A stretch of DNA of 13,264 nucleotides from Abditibacteriaceae bacterium. GTDB lineage: Bacteria > Armatimonadota > Abditibacteriia > Abditibacteriales > Abditibacteriaceae. Below are positions 7,033 to 13,264 of this stretch, piece by piece. The stretch is from contig JANMKN010000347.1 in assembly GCA_031372065.1 (NCBI GenBank), positions 1 to 13,264 on the forward strand, in the 5' to 3' direction. A program made the translations under genes and the position numbers. Numbering within the stretch: the stretch's first letter is position 1; each line of letters starts with the position of its first letter. The notes under the pieces are model-generated. The model ran no database searches, had not been told where the DNA came from, and saw only the letters and a program-made list of their open reading frames with translations.

Positions 7033-9351
7033 ATGTTTCGATCGTTTTTCTTTTTATTTTGTCTTTCGCTTCCTCTCGCCGCGCAAACCGATACCAGACC
7101 TTTGGCGCTGAAACTCGCGGCGTCCAACGAAGGTTTTTGGAAATCCACGCAAGAACCCGCAGGCAGCGTCACCTCGCGCGGAATTTTCGCTTACGCCTTG
7201 GTTTTATGCGAGGCGAATCAGAATTTGGAGCGCCTTGAAGCGCTTTTTGACCGCGCCGCGCAGATGCAAGATCGTAATACGGCAAGCAAAAGCTACGGCA
7301 ACTTTAAGTGGAAATGGGAAGACGAAAAAATCGTGGATTACAACGCCGTGGATTTTTCGATGCGCGGTGGTTCGCTTTTGTGGATTAAGCACAAAGACCA
7401 GATTCCCGCGCCCGCGCAAGCCAAACTGCGCGAACTTTTGGAGTTTTCGGTTGAAGGTTTAATGCGCCATAAAGTGCGCGAAGATTACACCAACATCGCG
7501 CTGATGAACGCGGGCGATTTGATTTTGCTCGGCGAAGCGATGAACAAGCCAAACGTCGCCGATGAAGGCTATAAACGCCTTGAAAACGCCTTGCTTTACA
7601 CTCACGAATTCGGCACACACGAATATGTCAGCCCCACTTATTACGGGCCAGATTTAGATGCCCTCGTGATGATCGAAGCCTTTGCCAAACGCGAGCGCGG
7701 CGTGCAACAGGCGCGGGCATTGCTCCGCTATTTTTGGCACGATATCGCGCTCAATTGGTTTGCGCCCGCGCAGCGTTTATCGGGCGCTCATTCGCGCTCT
7801 TATGATTATTTGCGTGGCCTCGGCGAACTCGATACGCAAATGCAACTCAACGGCTGGCTTGAAGGCGAACCGAACAGTATTGATGCCATTTACGGCGCCC
7901 AAGCGCGTTGGAAACCATCGGACGATTTGAAAAAACTGAACGAGCAATATCCGCGTTATGTGCAGCAAAAATGGGGCGTTGAAAGCAATCAATGGCGCGC
8001 CAATTACATTCAAAAAGAGGTCGCGCTTTCCACGTCGGGCGCTTCTTACGGCGGCAAAATGAACTTCCCGCTAACGGTGGATTTTCCCGGCCCTCGCCAA
8101 AGCGTGCGCTGCTATTTTACAAGCGATGCGCGAAATGACCCTTATGGCAAAGTCAAAATCGCCGAAAGCGCCACGCATTCTAAAGCCTTGCATTTAAATC
8201 CGCTCTGGGGCGCTGCTCAAAAGGAGGAATCTGCACTGGGTTTGGTGCAATACCGCGTGAGTGATATTTCGGCGAATATAGAATCCTTGCAATCGCATTT
8301 TGTGATGCCTTTGGACAATGACGGGATTTGGGTGGGAGATCGAAGAATAAAATTTGAAATCGGTAAAAGTGAATCTGTCCCTTTACCAATTCAAAACTCA
8401 TCGTGGGATTCCATTATCTTGGTGAAAGGCAGCGCAGCTTTAGTCGTGCGTGTAGTTTGGAAAAATGCACTCAAAGAGGGAGAGTTCGCGCCAGTCCAGT
8501 TGATTTATGATGGCAATTCACAGGGCGCCGTTCGTTTGACTGTCACTCATTATAGCGGCGCGGCCTTACCGGAAATTCCACAATTAAATCATCCTGTTGG
8601 GGCCTTATTTGCGGTAAGTGTGGCAAGCAACTTCCAAAATAGTGCGCAAGGTCGGCAAGCTTTGCGGCAACGTTTCATTGATGCTGTGACAGTTTTTGCG
8701 GATAAGACAAATGTCAATCTGGTGAAGGCCCAAACTTCTCATGGTCCACTGTGCATCAAGTATGCTCCTGTTTCCGGTAATGACTGCGAGCCTATTGTGC
8801 AGCAGGAACTTCTCTCGCTCAACGGCGCAGAAATTGGCCGCAAAATTCTGCAAACAGTCGAACCCTTAAAAAGCGCCGCTAACGCTGGAAATGTGCCTAT
8901 TTTGAAAATTGCCAAGGCCAGAAACTTATATTTTGAGGCCGAAAGCGCGCAAATTATGCCTTCTTTTGAAATTGGCGATGATGCGGCGGCTTCTGGCGGC
9001 AAATTTGTGTGGATGTCGGGCGAAATCGGGCAGGGCGGTGGAGGCGGAACAGCCAACGCGACGTGGAAATTACAAAATAAAACGGCGGGTGATTATATTT
9101 TGTGGGGCCGCGTCATGGCGCCAACGCCCGATGACGATTCATTTTTCGTGCGCCTTTTGAGCGCTGATAAAGACCTTTTGCCACTCACAACATGGAGCAT
9201 TGGCACACACGAAAAATGGGAATGGGTGCGCTTTGCGCAAAAAATTAGTCTGCCGCTGGGCGAAACGAAGTTGCAACTGCGCGTGCGCGAAGATGGCGCC
9301 AAAATTGACCGTTTATTTTTAACTCGCGATGCCAGAGAAATACCTCAATAG
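7033..9351 (+). CDS. Secreted uncharacterised protein: helical N-terminal region, beta-rich middle and C-terminal CBM-like jelly-roll; possibly carbohydrate-active
   Basis: 772-aa ORF with signal peptide MFRSFFFLFCLSLPLAA and conserved-looking motifs YTNIALM, EYVSPTYY and GAHSRSY. The C-terminal YFEAESA...ASGGKFV...GDYILWGRV...DDSFFV...REDGAKIDRLFLT resembles CBM6/35-like modules. Confidence 0.85.
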   Translation: MFRSFFFLFCLSLPLAAQTDTRPLALKLAASNEGFWKSTQEPAGSVTSRGIFAYALVLCEANQNLERLEALFDRAAQMQDRNTASKSYGNFKWKWEDEKIVDYNAVDFSMRGGSLLWIKHKDQIPAPAQAKLRELLEFSVEGLMRHKVREDYTNIALMNAGDLILLGEAMNKPNVADEGYKRLENALLYTHEFGTHEYVSPTYYGPDLDALVMIEAFAKRERGVQQARALLRYFWHDIALNWFAPAQRLSGAHSRSYDYLRGLGELDTQMQLNGWLEGEPNSIDAIYGAQARWKPSDDLKKLNEQYPRYVQQKWGVESNQWRANYIQKEVALSTSGASYGGKMNFPLTVDFPGPRQSVRCYFTSDARNDPYGKVKIAESATHSKALHLNPLWGAAQKEESALGLVQYRVSDISANIESLQSHFVMPLDNDGIWVGDRRIKFEIGKSESVPLPIQNSSWDSIILVKGSAALVVRVVWKNALKEGEFAPVQLIYDGNSQGAVRLTVTHYSGAALPEIPQLNHPVGALFAVSVASNFQNSAQGRQALRQRFIDAVTVFADKTNVNLVKAQTSHGPLCIKYAPVSGNDCEPIVQQELLSLNGAEIGRKILQTVEPLKSAANAGNVPILKIAKARNLYFEAESAQIMPSFEIGDDAAASGGKFVWMSGEIGQGGGGGTANATWKLQNKTAGDYILWGRVMAPTPDDDSFFVRLLSADKDLLPLTTWSIGTHEKWEWVRFAQKISLPLGETKLQLRVREDGAKIDRLFLTRDAREIPQ

Positions 9352-9565
9352 ATTTCGCTGCAACGATGCAACATCCGCGAAAATAAGGTGAAGCGAGGGC
9401 TATGCTTCGTGCTGCAAGCACAACGTTGCCAAGGCATTTCATTGCCTGTTGTGCCTCGGTGTTTTTTTCGGTGACTTGTCGGGTTGCAAAATTTCTTGTC
9501 ACGCACGCGACGTTGGCGCAAACTATCGGTCTAATTCCCGCAAAATCCAAGGAGACGAACTGATT

Positions 9566-10885
9566 GTGAAACGACGCGAATTTGTTTCGACCGCCGCAGC
9601 TTACGGCGCTGGAACGTTAATTTTACCGCGCTATGCGCAGGCTCAAAAGGGTGCCAACGACAAGCTGAATGTGGCTTTAATCGGCGTTTGGGGCCGGGGC
9701 GAGGCACATTACGGCGATTTACGTCGCCAGAATGTCGTCGCGCTGTGCGATGTGCGCGAAAGCCGCTTCCCCAAAGCTCTCGAAGCCTTTCCGGGCGCCA
9801 CGACGTATACCGATTGGCGCAAATGTCTGGACCACAAAGGTTTAGATGCGGTTGTTATTTGCACCGCCGACCATCATCACGCTTTTATTTCCAACTGGGC
9901 TTTGAACCGCGATATGCATATTTATTGCGAAAAGCCTTTGGCGATTACGGTCAATGAAGCACGCGTTGTGCGCGAAAATTGGGTGAAGAAAAAAGGCAAA
10001 CTCGCCACGCAAGTCGGAATGCAACGCCACGCCATTGATAACTTCAATCGCGTGCGCGAATTAATTTTAGACGGCGCCATTGGCGAACTGACCGACGCGT
10101 TTGCGTGGGGCAATCGCCAGATTCCACGCCCCGCTTATTACCCCGCCACAGGCGCGCCGCCCGCCGACTTTCATTGGGATACTTGGCTTGGCCCGTCGCC
10201 CGAACATCCTTACAGCGACAAATATTTTGAAGGCGGCTCTGGCATGAACTGCTTGTCGTGGAATATGTTCTGGGACTTTGGCGCCGGGCAAATCGGTGAC
10301 ATGGGCAGCCACACAATGGACTTGCTGTGGAACGCCGTGGACGCCACTTTGCCAACCTCGGCAGAAGCCAAAGGCGACCCGTTCAATCCTGATGTGACGC
10401 CTGTCATGTGCGAGTCGCATTTCGAGCATCCGAAAAATGCGTGGCGCGGCCCGATTCGCACCCATTGGTATCAAGGTGGCGTGATGCCCAATTCGCCCAA
10501 AGGTTACATAGACCTGAAGCAAATTGATCACGGCGCCATGTTTAAAGGCACCAAAGGCCACCTTATCGCCGGTTTCGACTCGCGCATCATTTCGCCTTTG
10601 AGTGATATGAGCTACTACAAAGCGCGCCCGGCAGACAAACTTTTGCCGCCGCTCGGCAGTTTCTTTGGTCAATGGGTTGACGCCTGCAAAGACCCGACAA
10701 AGAAAACCGCCTGCGATTTTGAATACAGCGGCAACATGATCGAGCAGATGCTGCTGGGCCTTGTCGCTTATCGAGTCGGCAAGAAAATCGAGTATGACGG
10801 AGCCGCTGGCAAAGTCACCAACGTGCCCGAAGCCAACGAATTTCTTACTAAGCCCTATCGCGCGGGCTGGACAATCAACGGCTAA
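9566..10885 (+). CDS. Gfo/Idh/MocA family NAD(P)-dependent oxidoreductase with Tat signal peptide (439 aa)
   Basis: GTG 9566 follows AAGGAG (9549-9554). Twin-arginine signal MKRREFVSTAAAYGAG...AQA, Rossmann motif LIGVWGRG, TADHHH, YCEKP, TQVGMQ, WDTWLGPSP and DFGAGQIGDMGSH. Confidence 0.95.
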   Translation: MKRREFVSTAAAYGAGTLILPRYAQAQKGANDKLNVALIGVWGRGEAHYGDLRRQNVVALCDVRESRFPKALEAFPGATTYTDWRKCLDHKGLDAVVICTADHHHAFISNWALNRDMHIYCEKPLAITVNEARVVRENWVKKKGKLATQVGMQRHAIDNFNRVRELILDGAIGELTDAFAWGNRQIPRPAYYPATGAPPADFHWDTWLGPSPEHPYSDKYFEGGSGMNCLSWNMFWDFGAGQIGDMGSHTMDLLWNAVDATLPTSAEAKGDPFNPDVTPVMCESHFEHPKNAWRGPIRTHWYQGGVMPNSPKGYIDLKQIDHGAMFKGTKGHLIAGFDSRIISPLSDMSYYKARPADKLLPPLGSFFGQWVDACKDPTKKTACDFEYSGNMIEQMLLGLVAYRVGKKIEYDGAAGKVTNVPEANEFLTKPYRAGWTING

Positions 10886-10904
10886 AATTCAACCGAAAGG
10901 GCAT

Positions 10905-10974
10905 AAAGGGCACACAAAGACCACAGAGTTTGAGCGAAAACGGCTTTTCTCTGTGTAATCTTTGTGTGCCCTTT
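10905..10974. repeat. Intergenic inverted repeat (REP-like hairpin)
   Basis: AAAGGGCACACAAAGA (10905-10920) pairs perfectly with TCTTTGTGTGCCCTTT (10959-10974). Inner CACAGAG (10922-10928) pairs with CTCTGTG (10949-10955). Confidence 0.85.
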
Positions 10975-10998
10975 CTGTTTTGAAATGAGGAGGCGCAT

Positions 10999-11736
10999 TT
11001 GAAATTTATTTATGCAACAGGCAGCGCCCTTTTGCTGACCGCGTGTTTTCTACAAGGCAGTTTGGCGCAGGAAACGCCTCAAGCGCAAACCTCGCCAAAA
11101 GCTGTCATTGACGGGCAGGGAATAGGTTGGCGCACATTGGGCGAGGCCGATTTTGTGCCTGTCAACGGCGCGCCGGACACATGGAGTTGGAAAGACGGCC
11201 TTTTAACTTGTTCTGGCAAGCCAGTTGGTGTGATGCGCACACAAAACAAAGTCACTAATTTTGAATTAGTTCTCGAATGGCGCCATTTAAAAGACGCCGG
11301 CAACTCCGGCGTTTTCGTGTGGACACCTGAAGAGGCCTTAAAAGATTTGAAACCCGGAGTGTTGCCCGATTCCGGCATCGAAGTGCAAATTCTCGATCAC
11401 GGCTACACCCAGTCCTACGAAAAAAGTTCCGGCAAAAAGGCCGATTGGTTCACCACAAATGGTGATGTGTTCCCCGTTGGCAAAGCAAAACTGAGGCCCT
11501 TTGCCCCGCTGTCGCCCAACGGCGCGCGCAGTTTTCCTCGTAAGAATTTAAGCCGTGGTTTTGGCGAGTGGAATCATTATTACGTCCGCGCCATCAACGG
11601 CGAAATCCGCCTCTGGGTCAACGGCGAAGAAGTGTCTGGCGGCAACGAAGCCGACCCGCGCACAGGTTATTTGTGCCTCGAATCCGAAGGCTCACCAATA
11701 GAATTCAAAAACATCCGCCTCCGTGAGTTGCCTTGA
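10999..11736 (+). CDS. DUF1080 / 3-keto-disaccharide hydrolase family protein, secreted
   Basis: TTG start after GAGGAGG (10987-10993), signal peptide, and family motifs WSWKDGLL, NFELVLEW, GNSGVF, GIEVQILD, GEWNHY, LWVNGEEV and GYLCLESEGSPIEFKNIRLREL. Confidence 0.93.
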   Translation: MKFIYATGSALLLTACFLQGSLAQETPQAQTSPKAVIDGQGIGWRTLGEADFVPVNGAPDTWSWKDGLLTCSGKPVGVMRTQNKVTNFELVLEWRHLKDAGNSGVFVWTPEEALKDLKPGVLPDSGIEVQILDHGYTQSYEKSSGKKADWFTTNGDVFPVGKAKLRPFAPLSPNGARSFPRKNLSRGFGEWNHYYVRAINGEIRLWVNGEEVSGGNEADPRTGYLCLESEGSPIEFKNIRLRELP

Positions 11737-11854
11737 ATTTGAACCACGGATAGACGCAGAGAAACACAGATTTTCATTCGATCTTTTTGGATGCGCCGTC
11801 CTTTGTATTTTTTACATATATCCGTGTTCCTCTGCGTCTATCCGTGGTTCAAAT
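11737..11854. repeat. 35-bp inverted repeat built from 10-bp sub-repeats (MITE/REP-like element)
   Basis: 11737-11771 ATTTGAACCACGGATAGACGCAGAGAAACACAGAT versus reverse complement of 11820-11854: 33/35 identical, with a 48-nt AT-rich loop. Confidence 0.9.
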
Positions 11855-11878
11855 CCTTCTTCATCGACAAAACCTACT

Positions 11879-13171
11879 GTGGAAAAACAACTCACCTTTG
11901 GCCCGCGCAATTGCTTATTGACGAACATCAATGTGTGGTCGCCCGATGGCCAATGGATTGTTTATGATGTGCGTCCCGATGCCGAGGGCAGCGTTTTTGA
12001 AGGGCGTTTCATCGAAGCGGTCAGTTTGCAGGGCGAAAGCAAAACGCTGTTTGAATCGAACAATGGCGCACATTGTGGCGTGGCAACATGGCATCCGAAA
12101 CGGGAGCAAGTTGTTTTCATTTTTGGCCCCGAAAACCCCACACCCGATTGGCAATACGGCGCGGCGCATCGGCAAGGCGTGATTGTAAATGCCACGCGGC
12201 CCAACGAAAAAATAAATCTTGATGCGCGCGATTTAAGCGCCTCCACGCCCGGCGCGTTGCGCGGCGGTTCGCACGTTCACGTTTGGCATCCACGCGGCGA
12301 CTGGCTTTGTTTCACTTACAACGATCACCTACTATGGCAATGGCAAAACGACACGCCCGAACACGACAGCGATCAGCGCAATATTGGCGTTTGCGTGCCG
12401 CGCCACGTGAAAGTGCCCGACAGAAAGCGCAATCACGATGGCGAATATTTTTCGGTTCTCGTCACGCGCACCCAAGCGAATCCACAACCCGGCTCCGATG
12501 AAATCAAACGCGCTTTTGAAGAAAGTTGGATTGGCGAAAATGGTTATTTGAAACCCGATGGCACACGCCAAAAACGCGCTTTGGCTTTTCAAGGCGAAGT
12601 AATAACAAAGAGCGGCCAAAGCATTTCCGAAATGTTCGTTGCCGATTTGCCGGATGACCTTTTTGAGCCTTCGGACGGGCCATTGCAAGGCACTTTAACC
12701 ACGCGCCCAGTTCCACCTCGCGGCGTAAGGCAACGGCGCCTCACTTTTACGCAAGATCGCAAATTTCCCGGCTTGCAAGGCCCGCGTCATTGGCTGCGCA
12801 CTTCGCCCGATGGCGCGCAAATCGCCTTTTTGATGTGCGATAAAAATGATGTCGTGCAATTATGGAAAATTTCGCCCAACGGCGGCGCGCCGCGTCAGAT
12901 CACACATGATAAATGGCACATCGTCTCGGCGTTTTCGTGGCGACCCGATGGAAAATTCATCGCTTATACAGCAGATAACAGCATCTTCGTGGCGAATGTA
13001 GAGGGTGGGCAAAGCCAGCGAATTACAATGCGCTTTGATGAGGCCGATGCCCCTTTACCTTTGGCTGTTGTGTTTTCGCCCGATGGCAAACGTATCGCTT
13101 ATCAGCGGCGCGTTGAAAGCAAAAATGGCACGCGCGTCAATCAAATTTTTGTGGTGGATTTTGAAAAATAA
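11879..13171 (+). CDS. yidR: YidR-like / DUF3748 domain protein with TolB-like (PD40) beta-propeller repeats (430 aa)
   Basis: MEKQLTFGPRNCLLTNINVWSPDGQWIVYDVRP, GAHCGV, FIFGPENP, TPGALRGGSHVH, FTYNDH, RAFEESW, RRLTFT and PRHWLR match the E. coli YidR pattern as I recall it. GTG 11879 is preferred because the 11723 start reads through the inverted repeat. Confidence 0.88.
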   Translation: MEKQLTFGPRNCLLTNINVWSPDGQWIVYDVRPDAEGSVFEGRFIEAVSLQGESKTLFESNNGAHCGVATWHPKREQVVFIFGPENPTPDWQYGAAHRQGVIVNATRPNEKINLDARDLSASTPGALRGGSHVHVWHPRGDWLCFTYNDHLLWQWQNDTPEHDSDQRNIGVCVPRHVKVPDRKRNHDGEYFSVLVTRTQANPQPGSDEIKRAFEESWIGENGYLKPDGTRQKRALAFQGEVITKSGQSISEMFVADLPDDLFEPSDGPLQGTLTTRPVPPRGVRQRRLTFTQDRKFPGLQGPRHWLRTSPDGAQIAFLMCDKNDVVQLWKISPNGGAPRQITHDKWHIVSAFSWRPDGKFIAYTADNSIFVANVEGGQSQRITMRFDEADAPLPLAVVFSPDGKRIAYQRRVESKNGTRVNQIFVVDFEK

Positions 13172-13264
13172 TTGCACAAAGACCGCGAGCGTGAGTAGCG
13201 CTTCCTGCCTCTTTCATTGTAAGTAGTCGGACAGGATTATGTGAGGCTTTGCGTCATTCTGAGG

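Noticed and set aside
9449..9565. N-terminal extension of the oxidoreductase
   Set aside because: The AAGGAG RBS and twin-arginine signal place the start at GTG 9566.
9352..9565. Riboswitch or ncRNA in the 214-nt intergenic region
   Set aside because: Small hairpins are present, but I recognise no conserved riboswitch motif. An Rfam search would be needed.
11723..11878. N-terminal extension of YidR overlapping DUF1080
   Set aside because: It merely translates the inverted-repeat element. Family similarity starts at EKQLTF (GTG 11879).

Overview
Bacterial window, genes roughly 50-55% GC, with six well-supported + strand CDSs: glycogen synthase glgA; a ~1520-aa secreted surface protein (7 delta-60 propeller repeats plus 11 Ig/cadherin-like domains); a 772-aa secreted uncharacterised protein with a C-terminal CBM-like domain; a Tat-exported Gfo/Idh/MocA oxidoreductase; a DUF1080 (3-keto-glycoside hydrolase family) protein; and a YidR/DUF3748 protein. 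The last four look like a carbohydrate-catabolic cluster. Long inverted repeats occupy several gene junctions. The least explained feature is at the left end: a 28% GC array of ten degenerate 21-bp tandem repeats (97-306) with an in-register inverted block. It is bordered by a 7-1-7 palindrome and abuts a probable leftward promoter and RBS for a gene starting just outside the window. All family calls come from motif recognition by eye; no searches were run.
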